The notes below the pieces were generated by a model. The model saw only the letters and a list, made by a program, of their open reading frames with translations. It did not search any database and had not been told where the DNA came from. Below are positions 24,747 through 33,025 of a DNA stretch of 64,000 nt, one piece after another. The position numbers were made by a program, and so were the translations under genes. The stretch is taken from positions 662 to 64,661 of the forward strand of contig JBAYMR010000008.1 of assembly GCA_041663445.1 (NCBI GenBank), written 5' to 3'. Position 1 is the stretch's first letter, and each line of letters opens with the position of its first letter. The stretch is from Candidatus Micrarchaeia archaeon. Its GTDB lineage: Archaea > Micrarchaeota > Micrarchaeia > Anstonellales > Anstonellaceae.

Positions 24747-25214
24747 TCACTTTTTTATTTCTCCAAGCACGCCGACGTAGTTCTTGCCCCTTTTCTTCGC
24801 GCATTTCGGGCACGTGGTGTACCACATGTAAAGCTTGCCGATTTCCATTCCCTTTTCCTTTGCGTATTCGTAAAACTCCTTGCACCACTTGCCCGTCTCC
24901 TTGAAGTCGCCCTCGTAGATTTTGCAAAGGTACTTGCCTGTCAGGCGCGCCGACTTTTCGCCCGGCACATCCTTGCCGCACGGCACATAAATGTCCATGT
25001 TGAACATCGAGGTGTGGTCAGAGAGGCACGGGCCATTTCCCCACGCTATGCCTGCCGCCTGCGTTTTCCTGAACAGGCGCGAAATAACGCTGCCAAAGTT
25101 GATGGGCATGTAAAACAGGCAAAGCACGCTTGCCTTGATGAAAGGCTCGTCGTTCCATTCGATAACCTTGCCGTCCCACGGCGCCGGGTCGAACTTCGGG
25201 CAGCATTCTTCCAT
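24747..25214 (-). CDS. Conserved-looking hypothetical protein with Cys motifs at both ends (N-terminal CC, C-terminal CPKC)
   Basis: 155 aa: MEECCPKFDPAPWDGKVIEW...YTTCPKCAKKRGKNYV. GGAGGG lies 5 nt upstream of the ATG. I cannot name the family with confidence. Confidence 0.6.
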   Translation of the reverse strand: MEECCPKFDPAPWDGKVIEWNDEPFIKASVLCLFYMPINFGSVISRLFRKTQAAGIAWGNGPCLSDHTSMFNMDIYVPCGKDVPGEKSARLTGKYLCKIYEGDFKETGKWCKEFYEYAKEKGMEIGKLYMWYTTCPKCAKKRGKNYVGVLGEIKK

Positions 25215-25238
25215 AAAATCCCTCCGTACACAGATTCA

Positions 25239-25402
25239 AGCCCCCGACGGGCGTCAAATGCGGGGCATTTGGCGCGATTTTGGCTCAATGGGCCAAAAGT
25301 CGGGCTGGCTTTCGGATGAAGTGGGAAAGCCCCCGACGAGATTTGGACTTGCGAGCATCAAAACCGAAGGTTTTGGTGCGATTTTGCGCCGAAGGCGCAA
25401 AA
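25239..25402 (-). repeat. Two hairpin units (74 and 89 nt) downstream of tRNA-Thr, each ending in a copy of the tRNA 3' end
   Basis: On the tRNA strand, the tRNA ends ...TTCAAATCCCATCGGGGGCT. Unit 1 ends TCCAAATCTCGTCGGGGGCT (rc of 25328-25347). Unit 2 ends CCCGTCGGGGGCT (rc of 25239-25251). Hairpins at 25382-25402, 25359-25375, 25278-25298 and 25255-25271. Confidence 0.85.
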
Positions 25403-25473
25403 GCCCCCGATGGGATTTGAACCCATGACATCCAGTTTACGAAACTGGCGCTCTACCGCTGAGCTACAGGGGC
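25402..25473 (-). tRNA. tRNA-Thr (anticodon CGU), no intron
   Basis: Reverse complement folds as GCCCCTG-TA-GCTC-AGCGGTA-GAGC-G-CCAGT-TTCGTAA-ACTGG-ATGTC-ATGGG-TTCAAAT-CCCAT-CGGGGGC-T. All stems pair, with one G-U in the acceptor. Confidence 0.9.
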
Positions 25474-25517
25474 GCACTCTCCGTAATTATTTTGAAAGCC
25501 TTTAAAATAGTGCGCCG

Positions 25518-26321
25518 TCAGACCGCTTCCAGCCCATGCAATATCGGTTTTCCGTCCTTTATCCATGCGAGCGCTTTCTCGGCGTCGGTTTCCTTCGCGC
25601 CCTGCTTCTTGAAATAGCGCGCGATGTTCTCGACGTCCCTCCGCAGGAATTCCTCGGCGTGCGGGTGCGCGAGGAGCACCGCCTGCGCGCAGTCCAGTAT
25701 CTTGAGCCCGTCGTCCGTAACCAGGATGTTGTACTCCGACAGGTCGGCATGCACGAATCCCGCCTGGTAAATCCTCTTTATCTGCTCGATTATGAACTCG
25801 TAGTCCTTCTGCGGGTGCGCGCTTCCCACCTGCGAAATCTGCGAGAACGCAATGTTTCCCTCGCCGAAGAATTCCATCACCACGATGTTCCGCAGGAACC
25901 CGAGCGGACGGGGCACCGCAACGCGCGCCTCGTGGAATTTGGCCAGGTTGCTGTACTCCTTCCGCGCCCAGGCAAGTATCGTTTCATACCTTTTGCGCGA
26001 GGTGCCGGCAAAGCGCGGGTCGCCGTCCAAGTAGTCGTGCATGTGGACAAAATTGGAAGTGTCAATGCGATAAATCTTGATTGCCACCTTGCCCCCTTCT
26101 TTCGTGGTGGCGAGGAAAACAATGGCCTCCTTCCCCTTGGCAATGGGGTATTCCATGGAGTCGAAGTGCCCGGACTGGCGGAGCTTGGTGATTGCAAAGC
26201 GCGTCTCGCGGTCAAACACCTGCTCTTCCAGCGGGTCCTCCCTCTTGATTTGCTTGGTTTCGCGATTCGGGCGCTTGCGGTTGCTCTGTGTTGCCATTTT
26301 CAATACCTTTTCACTCAACAA
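25518..26321 (-). CDS. RIO-type serine/threonine protein kinase (Rio1-like)
   Basis: GKEAIVFLA...VAIKIYR...VHADLSEYNILV, with no N-terminal wHTH. The start may be the ATG at 26297. Confidence 0.88.
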   Translation of the reverse strand: MLSEKVLKMATQSNRKRPNRETKQIKREDPLEEQVFDRETRFAITKLRQSGHFDSMEYPIAKGKEAIVFLATTKEGGKVAIKIYRIDTSNFVHMHDYLDGDPRFAGTSRKRYETILAWARKEYSNLAKFHEARVAVPRPLGFLRNIVVMEFFGEGNIAFSQISQVGSAHPQKDYEFIIEQIKRIYQAGFVHADLSEYNILVTDDGLKILDCAQAVLLAHPHAEEFLRRDVENIARYFKKQGAKETDAEKALAWIKDGKPILHGLEAV

Positions 26322-26453
26322 AATGGCAATAAGCCGCCGTCAAGTCCGAAGGCGGCTGTGTTGCCATACTATCACTTCAGAAGACGCGGTTAATATGGCT
26401 TGCTGTCGGAGCCCACGGGCGCGTGCTGCACATTGCGGCTCGGTGCCGCCCGC

Positions 26454-26756
26454 TTACTTGATGTGCCCCTTGTTCCTCAGCCACTCTGCCTGGTACTTGT
26501 TGTAGCGCCAGACGATGTCCGCTTTCTTGTCCCCGCCGATTTCCCAGGGTTTTATTATTACGATGTCCCCGTCGCGCACCCAGATGAAGCGGCGTATCTT
26601 CCCGGGTATCCTGCACATCCTCTCCTTCCCGTCCTTGCACTGCACGGTGAGCCTGCCTCCGCCCACGTTGCCGATTACCACGCCCAATATTTCCCCCTCT
26701 GCCTCGTTCGGGAGCTTTACCCAGCTTATCTCGGGCGGCGGTTGTGGAGTTGCCAT
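26454..26756 (-). CDS. Translation initiation factor aIF-1A
   Basis: GEILGVVIGNVGGGRLTVQCKDGKERMCRIPGKIRRFIWVRDGDIVIIKPW is the S1-like fold signature. The ATG at 26756 is preferred over the GTG at 26765. Confidence 0.92.
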   Translation of the reverse strand: MATPQPPPEISWVKLPNEAEGEILGVVIGNVGGGRLTVQCKDGKERMCRIPGKIRRFIWVRDGDIVIIKPWEIGGDKKADIVWRYNKYQAEWLRNKGHIK

Positions 26757-26765
26757 AATGAACAC

Positions 26766-27170
26766 CTAAATCCTCACTGGCGCGCGTGCGCCGCACGCTT
26801 CGCATACAAGCATCTTTACCCCGTCCTTCTCGATTATCTTGGTGTCGGGCCTCTTGCATTCCTTGCACACCACCGCCGCATCCACGAAAGCCTGCAGCTT
26901 GTCCTGCAGGTTCCGCGTATAGAATTTGCCGTTGAGCACCAGCTTCCCGCCCTGTATCGTGACCGGGACGGCGAGCTCGCGGCTGAAGTACTTGGACAGC
27001 AGCTCCGGCGGCCTCCGTATCTTCTGGAGTATGATGTCAAAATTCCTCACGAGCGTCTTGCTGCCCTGCAGGAATGATTCCACCTGCGGCGTCTCGAACC
27101 GCTCGAAGGCGAGCGTTTTTTCGGGCAGCGCCGCGCGCGCCCTGTCAAGCATTTTTTCGTAGTCATCCAT
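26766..27170 (-). CDS. Translation initiation factor aIF-2 beta subunit
   Basis: MDDYEKMLDRARAALPEK... with the C-terminal zinc ribbon VVCKECKRPDTKIIEKDGVKMLVCEACGA. The upstream 56 codons of the track ORF were rejected. Confidence 0.9.
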   Translation of the reverse strand: MDDYEKMLDRARAALPEKTLAFERFETPQVESFLQGSKTLVRNFDIILQKIRRPPELLSKYFSRELAVPVTIQGGKLVLNGKFYTRNLQDKLQAFVDAAVVCKECKRPDTKIIEKDGVKMLVCEACGARAPVRI

Positions 27171-27240
27171 CCAACTAAACCTCGTAATGGGAGGAATTTG
27201 GTACGAAAGCTTTAAAGGGCATTGGCGCATCATTGCCGCC

Positions 27241-27585
27241 ATGGCAATGGAAATCAGCCGCAAAACGCCCATTGGCGAGCTTGTGCTCAACCACCCTGTT
27301 TCAGCATCAATACTCCTTGAGCATGGCTTCCACTGCATAGGCTGCGGCCTGGCAGCTTACGAGACAATAGAGGAAGGCGCAGCCGCGCACGGCTTTGACG
27401 ACGCGGCAATCAACGCGCTCGTGCAGGAAATAAAGGACGCGGCAAGGAAAGAGGAAGAACTGCTCAGCAAGGTTGACGATTCCCTCGGAACTGGGGGTGC
27501 TGCAAGCCCCCATGCAAAAATGCCTGCGGCTAAAGAGAGCCAAAAGCCTGAAAAGGGCGGAAAGAAGAAATCAAAATCCGGCTAG
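27241..27585 (+). CDS. DUF1858-type small protein (hybrid-cluster-protein-associated redox disulfide domain) with a Lys-rich tail
   Basis: MEISRKTPIGELVLNHPVSASILLEHGFHCIGCGLAAYETIEEGAAAHG matches my memory of DUF1858. Start at 27241 or 27247 rather than 27187. Confidence 0.7.
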   Translation: MAMEISRKTPIGELVLNHPVSASILLEHGFHCIGCGLAAYETIEEGAAAHGFDDAAINALVQEIKDAARKEEELLSKVDDSLGTGGAASPHAKMPAAKESQKPEKGGKKKSKSG

Positions 27586-27617
27586 TTTTACGAGCAGGAG
27601 CGCAGCTAAAGTCCGCC
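27571..27617. repeat. Direct repeat copy A flanking the Doc cassette
   Basis: TCAAAATCCGGCTAGTTTTACGAGCAGGAGCGCA (27571-27604) matches 28158-28191 at 33/34 positions, followed by gapped similarity ending in AGTCCGCC. Confidence 0.9.
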
Positions 27618-27693
27618 TATTGCATTGAGAAGCTTCCTGTGCCCATCCACAATCTTGTTGAAGCTCGCAATTTCCTCTGATACTATTTTGAGC

Positions 27694-28101
27694 CTAGAGG
27701 CTTCGCTTGAATTCCCTGATTTTGCCATGCTTTATCCACTCCATTATTTCTTCATTCGAATAATAATCTTCTCGTACTCCCTGCATTACCCTTGCATAAT
27801 TAGGGTCATCAACTATCTTGAATTTGCCTCCATTTGAAAGCACGAATGATTTTGCTGCGATGAACGCAGTTCTCCGGTTTCCGCTTGCAAAAGCGTGTTT
27901 TTTCACAAGCGCTTCTAACAAGGCGGCTGCTTTTTTGTATATGTCTCCTTCGGCGTTTTGGCATTCCTCGACCGCTTCCATTATTTTTGGGTAGCTAAGC
28001 ACGCGGTGTGAATCGGCTTTTTTCACTTTTATCAACGTGAGCACAAGGAAATTGAATTCAACTATCCTCTCAACGCTCGGATATGCCACATCACTTTCCA
28101 T
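27694..28101 (-). CDS. Fic/Doc-family toxin (death-on-curing-like)
   Basis: The core KHAFASGNRRTAFIAAKSFVLSNGG fits the Doc/Fic motif H-x-F-x-(D/x)-(G/A)-N-(K/R)-R-T-A. Start at the ATG at 28101 (MESDVAYPSVERIVEFN), which lies 26 nt downstream of a TTTATAAA box. The track start at 28161 lies inside the flanking repeat. Confidence 0.8.
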   Translation of the reverse strand: MESDVAYPSVERIVEFNFLVLTLIKVKKADSHRVLSYPKIMEAVEECQNAEGDIYKKAAALLEALVKKHAFASGNRRTAFIAAKSFVLSNGGKFKIVDDPNYARVMQGVREDYYSNEEIMEWIKHGKIREFKRSL

Positions 28102-28123
28102 GAGGTGAATATGCCGAAGGCTG

Positions 28124-28131
28124 TTTATAAA
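28124..28131 (-). promoter_or_regulatory. TATA-box-like TTTATAAA positioned for a leaderless Doc transcript
   Basis: Its centre is about 26 nt upstream of the ATG at 28101, which is the archaeal TATA-to-TSS spacing. Confidence 0.4.
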
Positions 28132-28157
28132 TATGCTTTCTCCCGGAAAAATTGTGC

Positions 28158-28202
28158 TCAAAATCCGGCTAGTTTTACAAGCAGGAGCGCAAGCAGTCCG
28201 CC
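28158..28202. repeat. Direct repeat copy B flanking the Doc cassette. It also encodes the real 3' end of the presenilin-like gene.
   Basis: See copy A. The offset between copies is 587 bp. Confidence 0.9.
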
Positions 28203-29048
28203 CAGGCAGATTGGCGGGAGCGCGGGAAGGAAAACCCTTTGCTTGGACACGAACTTCAGAAGCGCGTAGAGCGCGATGGTGGAGCCCGTGGCAACAGCAA
28301 GCGAGTAAATCAGGCCGTTGGGGCCAAGCGTATAAGCCGACACTGCAACCATGGCGGGGACGGACAGGTCGCCGGTCCCAAGGTCCAGCCTGTCCCCGTC
28401 CCTGTTCGCGCGCTCCACGTACGCTTCGGCGTTTTCATCCTGCTTCCTTGCAGGCGCCTCTTTCGCAGTCACCGCGAATGACAGGTCCCGCGTGGAAAGC
28501 TCGCGCGCCATCTCCACCATATGCCTTGTCTTGAAGACCGCGATGTAGTCGTATATCGAGAGCAGGATTGTGAAAATGACCGCGGGCAGGAAACCGAGCG
28601 AAAAGCCGAATATCGCCCCCACCCCCGCGCTGGATATTATGGCGGCGGCATTCTTTGCCCCTGCCCAGGCGAATTTTGCGGCTGCAAGCAGCGCGCCCAG
28701 CACGCCGCCGAAAGCAAGCGCCTCCAGCAGCCCCATGTTAAGCGGGAACAGCGCGAAGGCGAAGAAAACTATGCTTGACGCGGAAAATATCACCATCGCC
28801 TCGAGGAGCCGGAACATCATCATTCCCTTGTAGTAGCGCGCAGCAAGTATCACCGCGACTGCGCCGAAAAGTATGTATCCGAGGAAAAACAGCGCGTTCA
28901 TGGGGTCGTTGGCAGTCGGCATGGGCGCAACGGAAAGCGACTGGATGTCCGGGTTCGTCATTGCGCCCTGTATGAGCACAACTCCGGCGTATATCCCGAT
29001 TATCTGCGTGAGCGCGAAGAACAATGCGACCTGGAAGTAAGTTTTCAT
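28158..29048 (-). CDS. Presenilin / signal-peptide-peptidase family intramembrane aspartyl protease (peptidase A22)
   Basis: All three family motifs are present in a polytopic protein: YD (LLSIYDYIAVF), GxGD (LDLGTGDLSVPAM) and PAL (FLPALPP). Start at MKTYFQV (29048). Confidence 0.88.
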   Translation of the reverse strand: MKTYFQVALFFALTQIIGIYAGVVLIQGAMTNPDIQSLSVAPMPTANDPMNALFFLGYILFGAVAVILAARYYKGMMMFRLLEAMVIFSASSIVFFAFALFPLNMGLLEALAFGGVLGALLAAAKFAWAGAKNAAAIISSAGVGAIFGFSLGFLPAVIFTILLSIYDYIAVFKTRHMVEMARELSTRDLSFAVTAKEAPARKQDENAEAYVERANRDGDRLDLGTGDLSVPAMVAVSAYTLGPNGLIYSLAVATGSTIALYALLKFVSKQRVFLPALPPICLGGLLALLLVKLAGF

Positions 29049-29073
29049 TTTTTCACCAATGTTTGCCCGATTG

Positions 29074-29526
29074 CTATTTCTTCCTCTTGAGCTTCTTAAG
29101 CGCGTCCTCGAACGAGTCAATGTCCGTGAACGAGCGGTACACGGACGCGAAGCGTATGTAAGCGACGTCGTCCACCTTGCGCAGGCGCTCCATCACAAGC
29201 TCGCCGATGCCGTTTGTCTCAATCTCCTTTTTCCCGCTCTTCCGCAGCTTCCCTTCCACCCAGTTCGCCATCTCCTCAATCTGCTCGCGGGAAACCGGGC
29301 GCTTTTCGCACGACCTTTCCAGGCCGGACATGAGCTTGCGCCTGTCGAACTTCTCGCGCCTGCCGTCCTTTTTTATCACGAAGATGTCCTCCTTGTCCAC
29401 CTCCTCGTACGTGGTGAACCTGCGCTTGCACTTGGAGCACTCGCGGCGGCGCCTGATGCGGAAGTCGTCGGTGTCGCGGCTGTCCACGACATCCGTTTCG
29501 CTGTGCGCGCAATAAGGGCATCTCAT
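29074..29526 (-). CDS. nrdR: NrdR-type transcriptional repressor (zinc ribbon plus ATP-cone)
   Basis: MRCPYCAHSETDVVDSRDTDDFRIRRRRECSKCKRRFTTYEEV followed by an ATP-cone-like segment; 150 aa. Confidence 0.9.
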   Translation of the reverse strand: MRCPYCAHSETDVVDSRDTDDFRIRRRRECSKCKRRFTTYEEVDKEDIFVIKKDGRREKFDRRKLMSGLERSCEKRPVSREQIEEMANWVEGKLRKSGKKEIETNGIGELVMERLRKVDDVAYIRFASVYRSFTDIDSFEDALKKLKRKK

Positions 29527-29641
29527 GGGAAGGGATGGCGCAAGTAGGATTAAAAAAGCGAGTGGCGCCTTTTTAGGCGGGAGGATGCGGCGGCATTCCG
29601 CACCAATAAAAGGGTTGCCGTGCTATCCTTCGCGTGGTAAT

Positions 29642-30562
29642 ATGCTATACGACATAATCGTGGTCGGGTCGGGCGTTTCCGGGCTGGCGGGGGCAATGTA
29701 TGCGGGCAGGCTGGGCCTCAAGACGCTGGTGATAGGCGAAATGCGCGGCGGCTCCATCACGCTCACCCACATGGTGGAAAACTATCCCGGTTTCATCTCG
29801 ATTGGCGGCATGGAGCTTGCCGACAAGATTGAGGCGCACGCGCGCGCCTACCCCAACGTGGAAATAAAGGACGGGAAAGCCTCCAAAATCGCGCGCAAAT
29901 CCGACGACACGTTTTCCATCGAGTCAGACGCCGGCAAGTACGAATGCAGGACGGTGCTTTACGCAACTGGCACGGAATGGAGGAAGCTCGGGGTAAAGGG
30001 GGAAAAGGAGTTCGCCAACAAGGGCGTGCACTACTGCGCGCTTTGCGACGGCGGCTTTTACAAGGGAAAAACGGTGGCGGTAATCGGCGGCGCGGACTGC
30101 GCGGTGAAGGATACGCTGCTGCTTACGCAGTTCGCAAGCAAGGTCTATGTAATCTACCGCGGCGACAGGATACGCGCGGAGCCGGCGAACTACGACGCCC
30201 TCGTCAAGCACCCGAAAATAGAAATCATCTACAACACCAACGTGCTGGAAATCCTTGGCGAGAAAAAGGCAAGCGGCGTCATTCTTGACAAGCCCTACAA
30301 CGGGAGCGGCAGGCTTCCCCTCGACGCGGTTTTCGTGGCGGTGGGCCACTCGCCCCTCTCCGCGCTGGCAAAGGAAGCCGGCGTGGAAACAGACTCCAAA
30401 GGCTACGTGAAAATCAACCGCAACTCGGAAACATCCGTGCCCGGCTTTTTCGCGGCGGGCGACGTGTCGGACAACCGCTTCAAGCAGGTGATAACCGGCG
30501 TTGGCGAGGCAGTGAACGCGGCATATTCCGCTTATTCATATCTTGAGGAAAAGAAAAAATGA
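29642..30562 (+). CDS. trxB: Thioredoxin-disulfide reductase
   Basis: YDIIVVGSGVSGLAGAMYA (FAD site), the redox CALCDG motif, VAVIGGADCA (NADPH site) and GFFAAGDV. Start at the ATG at 29642. Confidence 0.9.
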   Translation: MLYDIIVVGSGVSGLAGAMYAGRLGLKTLVIGEMRGGSITLTHMVENYPGFISIGGMELADKIEAHARAYPNVEIKDGKASKIARKSDDTFSIESDAGKYECRTVLYATGTEWRKLGVKGEKEFANKGVHYCALCDGGFYKGKTVAVIGGADCAVKDTLLLTQFASKVYVIYRGDRIRAEPANYDALVKHPKIEIIYNTNVLEILGEKKASGVILDKPYNGSGRLPLDAVFVAVGHSPLSALAKEAGVETDSKGYVKINRNSETSVPGFFAAGDVSDNRFKQVITGVGEAVNAAYSAYSYLEEKKK

Positions 30563-30598
30563 GCCTGCATACGGCTCGAAAACCATCAAGGGCTACGC

Positions 30599-31984
30599 AT
30601 GGAAATCATAACAAAACCCGGCCAGCTGAAAAAGGAGCTAGGCCTCCTGGGCAGCTTTTCCATGGGCTTTGCCGACGTGGGCGCTGACATTTTCCTGGCG
30701 CTCGGCCTCATCGCGGCGTATGCGCACGGCCTCATGCCGTTCGCCATCCTCATTGCCGCCATAGTCTATGTGACGTCTGGCCTGTCCTACGCCGAGCTTG
30801 GCTCGGCAATCCCGGTTTCAGGCGGCTCGTCATCGTTCGGCAAGCGCGCGTTCGGGCCGCTTGCAGGCTTCATTGCGGGCTGGGGCCTGATGCTCGACTA
30901 CACTATAGACATCGCGCTGTTCGCCGTGGCGTCGGCAGGCTACCTCTCATTTTTTTTCCCGGCGATGTCCGTGCCGCTTGTGGCGTCCGCGCTGATATTC
31001 ATCCTGTTGCTTGTGAATCTGCTCGGCATACGCGAGTCCTCGTTCGTGAACTCCGCGCTCACCGTGGTGGTGATAATCATCCTCATAGCCATTATTGACC
31101 TCGGCTACACTTCCGCGTTTTCAACCGAGCGCTTCCTTGCCGGCGTGGTGCCGGTGGAGGAAGGCCCCGGCTGGCACGATTTCCTCTACTCCATCACGCT
31201 TGCAATGGTTGCGTTCGTGGGCATCGAGAGCATCTCGCAGGGCGCCGAGGAGACGCGCCGGCCTGAAAAGATAATCCCCCGCGCCACCTTCATGGCGCTT
31301 TTCTTCGTCCTGCTTTTTGCCACGTTGCTTTCCGTCATGGCGCTCGGCATCGTCTCGCCCAAGGCGCTTGCAGACAACATGAGCAGCCCCCTCGTGCCAA
31401 TCGTGCAGGCGCTTCCGTTCGCCAACCTGCTCGTGCCAATCGTGGCGTTCGCGGGCTTCCTTGTCTGCTTCGTGTCGGCAAACACGGGCATAATCGGCGT
31501 GTCGCGCGTGGCGTACTTCATGAGCAAGGTGGGCATGATATCCCGCAGGGTAAACTGGCTCCACCCGAAGTTCTGCACGCCCTGGCTCACCATAATAATT
31601 TTCTCCCTTATCGCGATGGCGCTTGCCTACAGCGGCGACATGATTTTCCTGGGCGAGCTTTACGCGTTCGGCGCGCTCACCGCCTACACCATGACGAACT
31701 TCTCGCTTCTCAAGCTGCGCATTTCCGAGCCCGACCTGCCCCGCCCGTTCAAGGTGCCCCTGAACATAAGGGTTGGCAGGGCAGACATTTCCATCATCAC
31801 GATAATCGGCGCGGTCTCGTGCGTCGCCATCTTCGGGCTCGTCGCGCTCCTGCACGTGGAGGGCAGGAACTTCGCCGCGCTCTGGTTCGCGGCCGGCTTT
31901 GCCTACTTCTTCCTCTACCGCGCGTACAACGAGAACAGGAACTTCCGCGAGGCGGTGGAGAAAGTCCAGAAAATCGTCTTTTGA
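30599..31984 (+). CDS. APC-superfamily amino acid/polyamine permease
   Basis: 461 aa, about 12 TM segments, with an N-terminal LGLLGSFSMGFADVGADIF pattern typical of APC transporters. Confidence 0.8.
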   Translation: MEIITKPGQLKKELGLLGSFSMGFADVGADIFLALGLIAAYAHGLMPFAILIAAIVYVTSGLSYAELGSAIPVSGGSSSFGKRAFGPLAGFIAGWGLMLDYTIDIALFAVASAGYLSFFFPAMSVPLVASALIFILLLVNLLGIRESSFVNSALTVVVIIILIAIIDLGYTSAFSTERFLAGVVPVEEGPGWHDFLYSITLAMVAFVGIESISQGAEETRRPEKIIPRATFMALFFVLLFATLLSVMALGIVSPKALADNMSSPLVPIVQALPFANLLVPIVAFAGFLVCFVSANTGIIGVSRVAYFMSKVGMISRRVNWLHPKFCTPWLTIIIFSLIAMALAYSGDMIFLGELYAFGALTAYTMTNFSLLKLRISEPDLPRPFKVPLNIRVGRADISIITIIGAVSCVAIFGLVALLHVEGRNFAALWFAAGFAYFFLYRAYNENRNFREAVEKVQKIVF

Positions 31985-32116
31985 TGCTGGGCTGCCTGCA
32001 AAGCACCCGCTTTTTGCAGTCAACTTTATTCAGCCCAACAGTCAAGCGAGCGGGCCGCTGTAATTTTTTGAAGCTTTCGCTGTCAATCTGAAAAAATAAA
32101 GAAAAAAGAAGGCAAC

Positions 32117-33025
32117 TTACAGGGTTACCTTCAGGTTGAGTTCCTTCTTGAGTTCGCGGTAGCGGTTCCTGATTGTCACTTCTGTTACGCCAGCGACGTC
32201 AGCCACTTCCTTCTGCGTGCGCCTCTCGCCGTACATTGCGGATGCGATGTAAACGGCTGCCGCGGCAACGCCTGTCGGCCCGCGCCCTGAGATGAGCCCT
32301 TTCGCAATCGCCTTCTTGAGAAGCGAAATCGCCCTCTCCTGCACGTGCCCTGACAGCTTGAGCGCTGCCGTGAACTTCGGCACATAGTGCGCAGGGTCGG
32401 TGAGCGGGACGTCTATGTCGAGCTCGCGCCTCACAAAGCGGTACGCCCTCCCGATTTCCTTCTTCTCGATTCCTGAAACGCGCGAAATCTCGTCCAGCGT
32501 CCTCGGGATGCCCTGCATCCTGCATGTCGCGTAAATCACGGCGGACACCACCGACTCGATGAGCCTTCCGCGGATGAGCTCCGCCTTGATGCACTTCCTG
32601 TAAAGGAGTGCTGCCGACTCGCGGATGGAGTCCGGCAGGCCGAGGTAGGATGCAATCCTGTCAAGCTCGGAAAGCGCGATGGCAAGGTTCCTCTCCATTG
32701 ACGATGCGATGGATGCCCTCTTGTGCCACTTCCTCATGCGGTACAGCTGCGCCTGCTTCTTGGGCGAAATCTTGGCGCCGCGTATGTCGCGGTTGTACTG
32801 GTCAATTTCAGTGACAAGCCCCTTGTTCGGGCGCATGAACTTGATTGGTGCGCCGCCTCTCGCGCGCTTCTCGCGCTGCTCGGCGTCGAACGCGCGCCAC
32901 TCGGGCCTCGGGTCCTCTAGGTTTTCCGCAATGATGAGCCCGCAATTTGAGCAGACGATTTCCCCTTTTTCGTAGTCCCGCGTAAGCCTTGCGCTTCCGC
33001 ATTCAGGGCATTTCTCGATAGCCAA
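32117..33025 (-). CDS. tfb: Transcription initiation factor IIB (TFB)
   Basis: N-terminal zinc ribbon CPECGS...CSNCG, two cyclin-like repeats, 302 aa. Confidence 0.95.
   Translation of the reverse strand: MAIEKCPECGSARLTRDYEKGEIVCSNCGLIIAENLEDPRPEWRAFDAEQREKRARGGAPIKFMRPNKGLVTEIDQYNRDIRGAKISPKKQAQLYRMRKWHKRASIASSMERNLAIALSELDRIASYLGLPDSIRESAALLYRKCIKAELIRGRLIESVVSAVIYATCRMQGIPRTLDEISRVSGIEKKEIGRAYRFVRRELDIDVPLTDPAHYVPKFTAALKLSGHVQERAISLLKKAIAKGLISGRGPTGVAAAAVYIASAMYGERRTQKEVADVAGVTEVTIRNRYRELKKELNLKVTL

Noticed and set aside
25328-25401. Unit 1 downstream of tRNA-Thr as a tRNA pseudogene. It has three hairpins plus a T-loop-like TCCAAAT and an acceptor 3' strand.
   Set aside because: It has no 5' acceptor strand, its stems are 7-8 bp rather than 4-5 bp, and it has no anticodon-loop geometry. 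It is better described as a hairpin unit with a tRNA-end copy.
27187-27240. An N-terminal extension of the DUF1858 ORF (MGGIWYESFKGHWRIIAA).
   Set aside because: It starts 17 nt from the divergent aIF-2beta start, leaving no room for a promoter. The conserved domain begins at MEISRKTP.
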